From: Ostrea edulis
Taxonomy: Eukaryota
Assembly: GCF_947568905.1 (NCBI RefSeq)
Contig: NC_079169.1
Span: forward strand, 90,954,001-91,018,000
Length of the DNA: 64,000 nucleotides
Direction of reading: 5' to 3'
Below the pieces are notes generated by a model that was given only the letters and a program-made list of their open reading frames with translations, had not been told where the DNA came from and did no database searches. The translations under genes and the position numbers were made by a program. Of the stretch, positions 24,996 through 38,286 are shown in pieces. Each line of letters starts with the position of its first letter. Within the stretch, counting starts at the first letter, position 1.

Positions 24996-25721
24996 TATCA
25001 CAGTCAATCAACATAAACACATAGTAATCAAAACAATCAATAAATGCGCACGCATTGTTTGCTCTGTCGTGTCGTGATATAAGGCATGTACGGCAGCAGT
25101 GATTACACCTCTCGTTATCAATAAAGATAACCACCCTTGAAATTTGCTTAATTACGTGTACTATTTATCGCCAACTCTACGTACTTGAAATTGACATACT
25201 CCCAGTGAAAAAATAATTCCCTCTATCCTTGTTTACGGACACTTGATACAAACAAAAATATGGATGCATGTGTTGATATATTTCATTTGGTTGTAATAAG
25301 TATAAATATAAAATTCCTAAATAAAAAAAAAACGAAAACATGGGACGTACATTTACTATGATGTAAAAAAAATTTGAAATATATTTTCCCTCCCTATATA
25401 ACTCTACATTTTTTTTTTTTTGGACTTCATTATAAAACCATGGGAATGAATTACATTTTATACGGTAAATTATATCTATATTACTTATAAAACCATCAAT
25501 TTCGTTTTCATAATTTTTTCACCAAGTTTGTTTGTAGCAAGTGTCGTTGAAACAAAAATTGAAAATTCGTCCAACTACTGTAAATAGCAAGTATCTTAAT
25601 TTTGTTGACCTAAAGATGTGATCTCTGCACGTTTTACAGGAAATGTTTATAGATATAAATATATATATAAAGTCGACGTCTTGGTACATGTACGGATGAC
25701 ATGTACGGTGTGTACTCTCTT

Positions 25722-28700
25722 TTACTCAGATTTAAGTGTCGGTTTCCCGCGTCCTCCGTATACTTCCTCCCCGTAAACCCTGTTCTCTTTCCTCAGGGTG
25801 TCGTGGAACCAGTCAAAAAAGTACGTGTTAAAACCGAAGTTCACGTGAAAGTGCCTGCCCAAAAAAAAAAAAAATCCCCATTAGATTATTACATATATAA
25901 TGTTAAATGTGTGCAGTGCAGAAATGTGAACTCTGACAGTAGTAGTACATCTAAATGTTTGTTATTTATTTATATTATAATCAAGTACTACTTAAACTGT
26001 ACATACCCCCCCCCCCCCCCCCCCAGCCCTTAATTGATGAATAAACATATTTCTTATATCCATTTGTGACGTGTAAGATAGACAACACATTCAGGTTGGG
26101 AACGTAATGTTATATTGATATTTACTTGTGATGGTTGTCGTGGAAACGCGAGTGTGGCTGCCATGGCCATATTGCTTCCATGTTAATGCCGGAATGATCG
26201 CAAAGTCCATAGTAATAAGAGTAGAGCAACACGAACAGGAAAGGAACTGAAAGAGTACATTAAATATACATTAATTCATTTCTTGACAAACTGTCCGCTC
26301 TACATGTAAAATGTTACAAAAACGCAAGCTTAAACCACTTCACAATGATGCCATGTCAATTTGTCAGTTGGATTTCACTAATTTCATCTTGATGACATAA
26401 AAATATTTGTTCGAATTTAAACATTCTGTTAAAGAAGTTTACGAAACTGGGATGATGCACATCTATTCAGACTGACGCAAACATTTCAGGTGGTATTTTT
26501 CACTTACAGGCATGGATCGGAACGAGGAAGGGCGTGGCGGCGAGGTAACCTTGATACATGAGAAACTCCGCGGGGTGCATGGCTACCGCGCTCCACGCGG
26601 TGGGCTGGTGGTAGCGGTGGTGCATCTTGTGGATATTTCTATACAGCCAGGGGTTGTGGAACAGTCGGTGGAGATAGTACGCCATAGTCTCATTGTAAAC
26701 AAAGAACGCCACTAGAGAGAAAATGAAGTACCCCCAGCCTCGCTCTGATACATTGTAATACATTTTGGAGGACCCTGAAATTGACGGATCAGTTCATAAA
26801 CAAAGCCAGACAACTTCAAATTGGAACTTAGTAATCTTTTTATAAGTACACTAGTGTAACTTGTGGAACTGACAGCGGAATTCGTTGTACAGGCATACCT
26901 CCATTCATTATAAAACAAGCGATGACCCCGGAGGCTACCGAGCCTATCATCATGTTCAAGGACCCCAGCAGAATTTCATGCCTTTCATTCTCCGGCGTCA
27001 GAAACTTGTCTGGTTGACACTTCCACTCCTTAGCCTGAAGAGATGAAGCATACATGTGAATATTATAGTAAACCTTTTTAAAACTACAGTCATCACGATC
27101 AGTGGCGGATTTAGAGGGGCGGGGCTCCCTTCTTTCGCCACAAATTTATAAGGCATTTACTGGCATATTCAGGTTTCGCACCCAAAATGGCCGAGTATTT
27201 TGACTGATATTTGACTTTCACAAGCGCCCCCCCCCCCCCTTCTGAAATTCTGGATCCGCCACTGGTCATGAACATTGTGTTGAGGTGTGTTAAGAATAGA
27301 CACTAGAAAAGGAATTATAACCGAATCCGAGTTCATACCAGGTGTTGTCTGTTGACATAATAGTAGTAGTGCCAACCAAACGCCAGCCCATAGTACATAA
27401 TGAAAGATGTGGAAACCGCCAGCAGCACAAACCAGTGGATGTTCTGGAGTTTGAGAGACTCTAACAGAGTTGGTGAGGGGCCGGTTACATTGTGAACACT
27501 GCCACCGGACACCTGAATACCTTGTCCTGCCAGCAGGTTCTGTAGCTGGTCCCGGAACATGTATACTATGACCAAAACCCATTCACCTGAAATTTGAGAA
27601 AATGTTTTGTAGAGGAATCCTTGTGCTGTTTTTCAGATATAGAAATTGCACTGGTTTCCTGACCATTTATAGAACTTTCCAAGTAATATCTACTAATAAA
27701 TATAATGACGCAGTCTTAACGAAAAACCTTTTTGAGCACTGGCCATCTGTGCCTCTGTGTCGTGACTGTTCACTAATTCACTGACCCAATCTAACACAAA
27801 GTATTACAGTTTTGAAAAGTACTTTGAAGGAAGAGTTCAATAGCACATAAAGTCATCTGACCCGCACTAATAGGGTTCTAGTCAAAATTAGTACATGGAT
27901 GTAACATGTGTGATAAAACCAAGTGTGTTTACTATCGATTCTAATTCAACCATCACTTCTTTCACCATATGGTATTAATACTGTACAATTTTAACACAAA
28001 GTCAGTGATGATGAAAAGCACATGTCTGATTGTCTTGTATATATGTGATATTTTTAGAGGCCCCACCCCATCTTTCACAGCACTTGGTCTCCGGGCCAGT
28101 TGCTAATTTCAAAGACTGAATTGGCAACACTCACAATAAGTCGAAGCCCTGTTCATTAAACTATACGTACACTAATATTAGAAAACTCTAATGTAAACAG
28201 ACTTTACAATTTTAACATTTACATTGAATTCATATGTATATTCAATCCATTGAAATGGCCTTTGTAATTATTTTTCAAAATATTTACGTTTTGTATTACT
28301 ATATATACATGTACTAATACTAATTGATCGCGCGCTCTCCGTTTTAATAAACTTGCATTCCATTTAAACCTGCAAGTTATTTAAAATCGATAGAATTAAA
28401 TAGCCATTCTTATCTCCCCTTATCTGCCTTCCTGGATGAATACCTGTGTTTAGAATGCCCAACAAATAAGAAAACACCTAATGAATTAAATATGATACAT
28501 TCTAAAATGAATTTAAATAATCATTATCGGTGCACGTGCTTGTAAAATTCTGCAAATAATTAAAATACTTCATGATATTCAGAACCAAAAATATACGAAT
28601 ATTATACAATTTTTCCCGAAAATAATATTAGATACAAACCTCTAGTAGCGGTTGCCAAAAAGAAAATAATGACCATGAAAACAAACTTGGAGATGGAGTC

Positions 28701-28727
28701 TTGTAGCTTTTCTCCTATTAGCCCCAT
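25722..28727 (-). CDS. Sterol desaturase / fatty acid hydroxylase superfamily protein (lathosterol oxidase / SC5D-like), 330 aa
   Basis: Exons (minus): 28727-28640, 27586-27339, 27034-26899, 26774-26508, 26246-26126, 25854-25722 (993 nt, GT-AG, in phase). His boxes HRLFH, HKMHH, DHSG, HDNHH; C-terminal VNFGFNTYFFDW; several hydrophobic segments. The family is certain; the exact substrate is not. Confidence 0.92.
27100..27264. mobile_element. MITE (CAGTGGCGGAT TIR) in intron 2 of the desaturase
   Basis: CAGTGGCGGATTTAGA ... TCTGGATCCGCCACTG; no clean TSD. Confidence 0.8.
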
Positions 28728-29505
28728 CTTTGTCGCCTGCTGAGCAGCCTTTTTTCCGATCTCGATAAATAAATCTTTTTTCACTTAATCCTCTCTGAAA
28801 TTATTAAGCAATATATTCCTCAGCTCATAATACCCTTTATAGCACCCAGTGGGTCGAAAACTGGGTCCGGAGTTACTGATAATCTTCGTTCATAGTACGA
28901 GCACCGGAGAGAAAGGTTTTAGTTATTGGGGCTAAATAGGGGGTAATTCTCTTTTCTCAAGGAGAAAAGAAAAAGATTTTACAGTGAATGTCTTTAGTTT
29001 TTGCATAATTTTACATTAAAAATTGTTTATAATCTAAAAATGAACCCACAATATTACAGATTAAAAATACTGAATGATTTACGGAAAAGAAAATTAATAT
29101 TTTATAGGCCTACTATAAATTATCGTAGGCCCCGGTATATCGGCTGAGGGGGGTCCGACAGTCGGAAATAATCTAGTAGGAGAGTTTTGAGTTCGGCTTA
29201 TTGTATCTCGCTCTCCTATTATACAAGATGAGGCCAACGTTTGAATATCTTGGAGGTTTATTTGGGGAGGGGGGTGAATTTGAAAACTAATCATTAGGCC
29301 TATAAATCTAATGGGTTTTAAATCAGAAATATAATTTTCTGATATTGGAATATTTGATATAAACTAAAAATGAATTTCCTGATTTTAAAAAATTACCGAA
29401 GTGGTTTTTAACATTTCAGTAAAATCATTTTTGATATGATGAATGCTTTTAAAATCCCTAAAAATATACAATGTATAAGGAGTTTTCAAATAAAAATCTC
29501 TCTAA

Positions 29506-29507
<2 letters not shown>

Positions 29508-29558
<51 letters not shown>
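29508..29558. repeat. (CT)n microsatellite
   Basis: About 25 CT units. Confidence 0.97.
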
Positions 29559-29560
<2 letters not shown>

Positions 29561-30179
29561 AAAGTTGAAGAAAAGGGATTAAGAAATTCGAGGAGGTTTT
29601 GCCATTTGATTGTCAATCCATTTCTCATATTGAAAATATTACTTAAAATTTTGAATATTTGATACGACATATAGGCCTAATTAACGCCCCATTCACCATT
29701 ATCTAGACCCGAAACGTTGATTTACTGTGCGGAAAGCGCTGGGAAGTATATCAGAAAATTAATATGAACAGATACATGTGGGGATTTTTCTTGTGTTCAT
29801 TCTGAAAATTGTTCTTGATATTAAAAAAAAATAGAATTTCCGATTTTAGAAATGTTTGATATGAAAGAATCCAACAAAACTTTAATAAGAAAGTGAATTA
29901 TCTATTTATAGTGACATGTATATATACGCTATGTACACAGGCAGTTTAAAAATAAATTTTTATCAAACATCCGCGCGGCCCATCGGCCCTACAATATATT
30001 TCACTTTAAACACAAAACTTAATCTAGTACACAAACAGTTTAAAGATATGTCAAACACCAGACCCATCGGGCCTGTATGGCAACACAAAACTTAATTAAT
30101 TAAATACAGTACATAACGAAAACAGAGGGGGTGGGGGCATAACGTTAAGAAATAAAGAGGAAAAATACATAAAAACATG

Positions 30180-31210
30180 CACACTAGATATACATACGTG
30201 TTGTAAGTATAGATCAACAGCGTCTTTTATGGGATATTGGGAGTGTGTCTATGTATATATTTGATCTGATTAGAGCCATTGGGTTAGCAGGGAAAACCAG
30301 GATGAATTGATAATATCTTTGATGAGCTATATGTGATATCGTAACTATAAAGGAAAAGGAAACTACTGTGTAAGGATGGTTCTAGGAAAACTCGTAAAAA
30401 ATGACGTAAAACTAGACCGTATTGGAATGATGAATTATCTACCTTATGGGGGAATGCGGGCCAAAGAAAAATCTTTCCTAAAGGCTAAAAACAGAAATAT
30501 CTAGCGAAAAGCAAAAGAAGAATTTCTTTCTGCTGAAAATATTTTTGACCGTCGTCCGCGATATTTCGAGCGGAAATACAGGTATGACCTTGCAATCTTA
30601 AAACATTGAAAATATCTCAACCAGTGACCCTCGGCGATTCTGAGAGGAACTGAAGAAATTGAGTCCAAGTAAAAAAAAACAAAAAACAACCAAATACCGG
30701 TATTTTTATGGAGTGTTACAAAGCTGACGGAGGTTTAACATGTACTTAAATCCTGGGAAGCCGAATTTTCTAAACTTTACACTATAGCAATGACAATGAT
30801 TTCGATACTGCATGATTTAAAGTATAAACAACAAATGTAAGGTGACGCGAGAAATCTTTTATTTATTACAAACAGAATATTGAATGATGACATTACTCAT
30901 TATCTATAGATATTACAGAAATTGGGGGTATGTTACACGATTAAATACTGCAGTCACCCGGAGAGAGGGATTAATAATCTAACACTAACAGCTTTCCCAA
31001 AACTATAAGAACATATATCTCATTTAAAAATGAAATATATTCTTGAACCCTATGTTCAAAGCAATAGAGATCAACCTTCCCTCATTCGCCCTATTTGTGT
31101 TGAACTGGTCACATCTGAAATGAGCTAAACTTGACCGAACTGGTGCTTTCTGTGTGATGCCGAGTGTCAAGGACGGAAAACACTTTCTTTTGGATTGTTC
31201 TATATATATA
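30180..31210 (+). mobile_element. Heavily deleted LINE relic (CR1/L2-group-like)
   Basis: Broken peptides PYWNDELSTLW, AKEEFLSAENIFDRRPRYFERKYR, IENISTSDPRRF.EELKKLSP and a C-terminal CFLCDAEC patch resemble the APE-RT linker and C-terminus of such LINEs. Confidence 0.5.
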
Positions 31211-31244
31211 AAAACCTGAGGGGGGGGGGCACTTCTATATATTA

Positions 31245-34200
31245 TAGTTTATTCACCAATCAAGGGCCCTCGGGGGGGGCATGTACATGTTAACAGGCAA
31301 TTAATTATAACAATGAAAATAAATAACAATCATTTAGAAGTACTACCGGTAATACTGACAGAGTTCACACTTCTGCACTGCACATATCTATAATTATATA
31401 TGAAATACTGATTACAGACAAGATTTGAATTAACAACATGATAAATAAAATAACCCAACTGCTTCACACATCAGTTTCTGGGACAGCAGATAATGATAGC
31501 AGTGTTGTGTGAATACATGTACATATAAAATTGTAATTAAATCGGTATAATTATATTTTAGTAAGAACAGTATGCAAGTATAAAACACATGTACATGTAG
31601 GATCCAGTTGTTCTGAATGTTTTATGTTAATGCAGGGAGATAATAGAATAGAATAATTATATAAATGAAAACAATTGTACAAAGTGTTAAAGAAGGCGTG
31701 AATTGTTTACTTGATTACAGGGGACACCAAGGGACAGTGCCTGCTAACAGTCTGGTAGTAAATCTATTGTACCAGACTGTTGGTCTAGCTTGTACTCCCA
31801 GTAACCAAGACAGCTTACAAGTGTAAAGCAAAGGAAATGTGTACAAAGCAAAGACATGTACTTGTAGTATCACATTCCACTGTTCAAAATCGTCTTACTG
31901 AATACAGCATGCAAGTATATTACATATGTACATGCAGGATCCAGTTCTGAACGTTTTATGTCTAAAGCAGGAAGGTTAGAATACTTATATAAAAGAGAAT
32001 AATAGGATTATATGAGAGAATAAAAACACAATATGTTGACCTGATTACAGGGGGCACCAAGGGACAGAGCCTGTTAACAGTCTGGTAGTAAATTTATTGT
32101 ACCAGACTGTTGATCTTGTACTCCCAGTAACCAAGACAGCTTACATGTGTAAAGCAAAGGAAATGTGTACAATGCAAAGACATGTATACTTGCAGTATCA
32201 CATTACATTGTTCAAAATCTTCCTACTGAATACAGCATGCAAGTATATTACATATGTACACGTAGGATCCAGTTGTGTTGAATGTTTTATGTCTAAAGCA
32301 GGAAGGTTAGAATACTTATATAAAAGAGAATAGCGTTATATGAGAGAATTAAAAAAAAAAACCCAAAAAAAACCCACACGATATGTTGACCTGATTACAG
32401 GGAGCACCAAGGGACAGTGCCTGTTAACAATCTGGTAATAAATTGTTGTACCAGACTGTTGGTCTTGTACTCCCAGTAGCCAAGACAGCCTACAGGTGTA
32501 AAATATGATGAAGAAAGAAAATGTGCATAATGCAATGAAATGTAACATTTGTAGTATTATATCCCACTGTTTAAAATCATCTTACTAATTTGGATGAGGA
32601 TATTTTCATCTTCATTGGTCATTAGCCAGATAAAATTTTGATCACTGTCCATCTTACAAAATTCTTACATGATTTGTCTATCATTTGGACTACATGAGAA
32701 TAAAAAATGTTTTTCGTCATCCACTGAATTGGTGTTGCATCTTAGACAAAATCTCTCGTGTCGAGGGATGTTTTGGTAACGTCCCCTTTCAATGTTTAGT
32801 CTATGAGCTGATATACGGAAACGTGTTAGACTTCTCCTTTGCTCAAAATTTTTAATTGATCTCAAATAATTCTCAAATCCAAAGTTTTGTTTAAAAGTAG
32901 AAAACCAACGTAGTTTTTTATCTGAATTCAATGTAAGGTGTGAATGCCATTCTTTGATGTAATGTTTGAATAAACAATCTTTAAGAGCCTTTTTGAACTG
33001 GTATGTCCCTTTAAAGGGCAAATCTTTAATCCCATTAATATTAGTTTATAGAACCAAACCATGATGAATTGTTTTGTTCAAAAAGTAATTTTGATTCTCG
33101 ATATGCATCAAACAATAGTGGAAATGACTGACCAAGATTTTCAAGTCTGTACAAGTAACTTAACATACTTTTTAATATGTCAAAGTGAAGGGGGAACTTT
33201 CCCAATTCCGACAGTACGGCAAAGTGTGTTGCAGATTTATGTACACCAAGTATTGATTTGCAAAATTTGAGATGTAGTTTATCACAAAGTTGGTTTGAGT
33301 AAATTTTGTCTATGGTACCACCTAAGTTAGTAGATTTCCGAAGAATATAATAATACTGGATTGATGGTATGGTCTAATATATGAGAAATGGTTTTAATAT
33401 CAAGGTTTAGTGAAATGAAGTCTTTTTTTTTTAGTTTGAATAATGCTTTCAGGGCTTTATGATATAGTTCTTTCGGAGCAAGGGAGAATGAACCAGATGA
33501 ACAAAATGAAACCCCAAGGTATTTGTAGTTGGATACACATTCTAGTTCAATACCAGCCAAATAGAATTTAGTTTTCAAGAGTCTGCCTGCCTTGTTAAAA
33601 ATTAGGATCTTAGTTTTTGAGAAATTAATACTCAGACACCAATCATTACAATGCCGCTGCAAAATGTTTAGTTTTTGTTGTAAACCATTAGCTGAGGAGG
33701 AAAGTAGAATTATGTCATCAGCATATACATTAAACAATTAAATGTTCGAGAATTTAAGACCATAGGATATGGGGATGAATTGAGATCATTAATAAATACT
33801 TTAAACAGATTTGGACTTAAATTGTCCCCCTGTTTGACACCTACTTTTATTGGGAGAAAATCGGTGATACCATTACTTAAACGGACACAGGACTTGTTTG
33901 AAGAGTACATGCTTTTAATAACCTGATAAAAATTTGTTCCAACTCCCAATTTTAAGAGTTTAATTTAATTCCTGAATGAATGATGGTGTCAAATGCTTTA
34001 TGAAAGTCATTAAAGCAGGCGTACACTCTTCCATCCTTGGTCTTACAATATTTATCTATAATAGTCTTGAGAATAAACATGTGGTCAGAAGTTCTTGCTT
34101 TTTGGGTGAAACCTATCTGACATTCATTGATTATACGATGTTTAGTAAGGAATTTGTCTAAGCGAATGTCAAGTATTTTATTGAATAATTTCCCCAACTG

Positions 34201-35645
34201 CATTTGTAACCGTTATGCCTCTATAATTATTTGGATCGTTAATGCCATTACTTTTATGGACAAGAGTAATGTAACCTGAAGACCATCGTTTAGGATAATG
34301 ACCGAAAGTAAGACAACTGTTGAAAATATTGTAAAAGCATGGCAAGAGATGGGTCTGACCGTATTTAATCATGTAGTTTGAAATCTTGTCTTGACCTGGA
34401 GCTTTCCCTACTTTTATTTTTGAAATAGCATTTGATACTTCTGAAATGGATATACGTTTGTCCAAGTCATTAAAACATTTTTCTTTTTCTAACTCATTTA
34501 GAATATTATCTAGCTGTGCCAGACGGTGGTTGAAATTTGGTTTTGTTTTGTTCAGGTCATGAAAATGGGAGACCCATGTTGTTGGGGCAATTACATCTGC
34601 ATTGTTGTTGTTTTTCTACTCTCTGAAGTTTCTCAACCAATTTCCAGTAAGATTTTGGATCTTCATCATGTAAAGTTTCTAACCGTCTTAATAGAGATTG
34701 TTTAAATTCTCGACATTTGAACTTTCTCATTTTGGTATATTCCCTATATAATTTGTAGTAGTGGTTTTTCACTATTGGATCTTTCAGAAATTTTGAGTAT
34801 ATTTTACCATAATTAAGCAGATTTCTCCGCATGGATTTAAGTCTACATCGAACCATTTGTGCATTTTTTTATTTCTCTTATTGTGTTTAATTTAGATTTT
34901 CGAGAGATTTGTCTGCTGCTTTAATAATCATATTTGATAATTCTGTGGAGGCATTGTCAAAGAGTTCGTGAGAGTCAAGATTTTTACAAGTTGAGAGATT
35001 TTGTAATCTCTCTTGAATGTTTGTAGAATTAAGGGCTGCCTGAAAAAGAACAGGTGATTCATCTGACCATATGTAGATTGGTGAAATTGGATGTGTATTA
35101 GTATCCTTAGTATTATCAGACTTAAAAGAGAATCTAGCGGACAGTGACCATTGTAAAAGGCAATGACAATCAGACAACGTAGGTAAAAATCAGAAATACT
35201 GAAATACAATATTTGATTAAAAATATTTTCTGATTCCAAAACATAGTCTACTGTGCTACAGCCATTTGGTGTAAAACAAGTGTACTTGCCAAACATATCA
35301 CCAAAAGTACGACCATTCAGTATTCTCAGTTGATTCGCAATGCACATATCTAATAAGTCTTTGCTCCTATTATCTAACTTAGAATCCATATTGTGAGGAT
35401 TTGTAATTTCATTGTCTATAGTATATGATGAATGGAGAGGGAGAAACTCATTATCATCGTTTGCAATAAAGTCTGGATCTGTTGAAACTCTCTATATATG
35501 TTTAACACAGAACAGTTTATCAGTAACGAACATTTGTTTGTTAAATTGGTCAATGACTCTCCTTCACAAACAGCCACATTTATTAGTTGAAGCCTGTATA
35601 TGAAGAAAAACATATCTCCATAAGTATAAATGCAATTAAATGTCA
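31245..35645 (-). mobile_element. 5'-truncated decayed LINE of the CR1/L2 group (APE + RT + long 3' UTR)
   Basis: APE end (LRILNGRTFGD, CSTVDYVL); RT motifs (KAPGQDKI, CQIGFTQKARTSDHMF, ACFNDFHKAFDTI, GVKQGDNLSPNLF, YADDIILLS); C-terminal LTRFRISAHRLNIERGRY...CLRC. Frameshifted. Probable 3' end with AATAAA and short-repeat tail near 31245. Confidence 0.9.
31570..32590. repeat. Triplicated 330-350 bp segment in the LINE 3' region
   Basis: GGATCCAGTT at about 31600, 31937 and 32266; GATTACAGG at about 31713, 32044 and 32393. Each unit has the stem AACAGTCTGGTA...TACCAGACTGTT (one mismatch in the third). Confidence 0.9.
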
Positions 35646-35822
35646 ATCAAAAATATAATTTACATCAATTTACTGTCCTTACTGAGAGATTCCATTATAT
35701 GCATTGATATTTCTAATATGTAAAGTGACGTATTTAGGTCCAATAGGCCGTGTGCAAATCAATATGTATATATGTATGATTCATTTGTATGTGTGAGTTT
35801 GTAATGATGCACACGTCACTAT

Positions 35823-37195
35823 GATAAACAAGTTGGCCCACAGGCCTTATCGGTCACCTGAATATTAGTTAAAAGTATCACTAGTGTCAAGGGCTATGAC
35901 ATCCTGTCCTGCTAAATTCTAATATTTAGCAACAGAATAAAACAAGCTGTGTTCTTTTAAAAACTAATGCCCTCAAAAGTGCATACACTGATGAAAGACT
36001 TTACTTAATGCAATATATGTAACATTAGCACGATGTGACTAATTTGGACCTAGAGTCAAAAGCCTAACGTTGCAAAATTCATAATTTTGGTGCATCCTTT
36101 CCTGTTTTTCCTAATTATGCAATTAGTTTTTATATACCGTAACATCAAATATAAAGAATTTTGCCAAATGATAAAAACAATAATCACTATAATGATTTTG
36201 GCCCCACCCTGGAACCAAAATCGTTACCCCCTGGGATCATGGAAATTTACAATTTTGTTAACGGTGGACTATGGCGTGTAAAACGTTGCACTATTATACT
36301 AATCTTGTTATTCATATTCGAAAACTTGTCATTCATATTCGATCATTTTATCATTCATATTCAAAAACGTGTTATTCTTATTCAAAAACATGTCATTCTT
36401 ATTCAATAAATTGTTATTCATATTCTAAACTTTTCATTCATATTCAAAAACATGTGATTCATATTCGATAATCTTATCATTCATATTCGACAATCATGTC
36501 ATTCATATTCTATAATTTTGTTATTCATATTCAAAAGCGTGTAATTCATATTCGATAATCATGTCATTCTTATTCGAATATGAATAACAACTTTTCGAAT
36601 ATGAATGATATGCTTTAGAATATAAATTACAAGTTTTCGAATATGAATAACGAGATTAGTATAATAGTGCAACGTTTTACACGCCATAGTGGACATACTC
36701 CTTCTAAATATCTATTTAGTTTCAATTTAGTATCAATAGCATTAAAGAAGGTATTATTTAAATGTTTATCACATGTATACATACTATGTAATACTAACTT
36801 TTGGCCCCACTCTGGGGTTCAGAACTTCTACCAGGGGGATCATAAAATTTACATTATTTTTAGAGGCCTTCTTACTCTACATCACGATGCATTTAGTTTT
36901 TCTTACACGTGTCCGATTGTAGAGAGGATTTTTGAGAATTCATGAATATTTGGCAGCTTTTGTCCCGCCCCTTAAGCCCCACGGATGCAGGATTCCTGAA
37001 ATTGCCCCCCCCCCATCCTCCAAGTCCCCAGGGGAGCAGGAGTCCTGAAATTTGCAATCTATGTCCCCCTTGTCCCAACTATGTTTCATAGCAAATTTGA
37101 AAGGAGTTGAAATGATAGTTATCAAAAAGTTTAAAAATGTTCAATTGTGAACGCAGAACGGACGACAACCAATTGCACTAGGTTACTTGGGTTTA
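35823..37195 (-). mobile_element. Helentron-type non-autonomous element, cut by the gap
   Basis: AACAAG-GGCCCACAGGCC hairpin end at about 35825; body shared with 10075-10460; GTCC-type microsatellite remnant near 37160. Confidence 0.6.
36270..36688. mobile_element. Foldback MITE with about 59-bp TIRs (TATGG...), internal 20-bp repeats and 6-bp TSD
   Basis: TATGGCGTGTAAAACGTTGCACTATTATACTAATC... and its reverse complement ending 36688. GTGGAC on both sides (36264-36269, 36689-36694). About 14 forward and 3-4 inverted TTATTCATATTC(G/A)A units. Confidence 0.9.
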
Positions 37196-37383
37196 NNNNN
37201 NNNNNNNNNNNNNNNNNNNNNNNNNNNNNNNNNNNNNNNNNNNNNNNNNNNNNNNNNNNNNNNNNNNNNNNNNNNNNNNNNNNNNNNNNNNNNNNNNNNN
37301 NNNNNNNNNNNNNNNNNNNNNNNNNNNNNNNNNNNNNNNNNNNNNNNNNNNNNNNNNNNNNNNNNNNNNNNNNNNNNNNNNNN
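37196..37383. other. Assembly gap (188 N)
   Basis: Run of N. Confidence 1.
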
Positions 37384-38198
37384 ACAAAACAACAACACAC
37401 AAAATCAAAATTCTAACGCAAGCGGATTCATTTAAAAAAATTCCCAGGCGTTACATAATGTAACGCCTGAGGATTTTTAAATCAAAGCTTTTGCGCTATA
37501 ATTTTAACTTTGTGAGAGTGTTGTTGTTGTTGTTTTCTTTATATGTGATATATGCATAATTAAATTCTGATTTTTGAAAATAAATGACTGGCTACGCATA
37601 AACGAAGACTACAAATGCAGAACACACAACCCGACAATGATTACAAAACAAATGCAACCTGGCGAGGATAATTTAAAATTAGCATGCACAGTGCATCCAT
37701 ATCTGACCATACTTACATCTGGTTAAATCCAGTGTTTTCAGAACGTTTCTATCGATATGCGGAGTACAAGGAACAGTGCAATAAAATTCAATTTCGTCTA
37801 TCCTCTACATTGTTTTCGGACATTGTCATTTTTCAGCAGGTTCACCGGGATATCTACCAGTCTCTATTGGGCTGGTAAAATTCAACATTACACATTTGTT
37901 AAAATTGTTGGTAAAATTCCAAATCTAAATTGTACCAAAACTGAACGTAAATATTTATCCAGTACTACATAATTTTCCCTACCAAAAGTTGTTATAAAAG
38001 AAACATATCCGGTAAGTACGTAATTTGAGAATATTGCCCCAAAGGTTTTTAATAAAAATAGATGTATATTTTTTATTGAACCATGTTTACATCTATCATT
38101 ACCACTGACTCAAAATGATAGTCCAACTTTAAATAATGAAATATTTCTTTCAAATCACTGCACCAATTGTTGCTACATCTATTGTCATCAAATTCAAA

Positions 38199-38286
38199 TA
38201 CCTGGTACATTTCTTGTAATTACCTGGTACATTTCTTGTAATTACCTGGTACATTTCTTGTAATTACCTGGTACATTTCTTGTAAT
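38199..38286. repeat. Minisatellite, 22-bp unit x4
   Basis: TACCTGGTACATTTCTTGTAAT, four perfect copies. Confidence 0.97.

Noticed and set aside
37131-37435. ORFs containing X runs
   Set aside because: Artefacts of the N gap.
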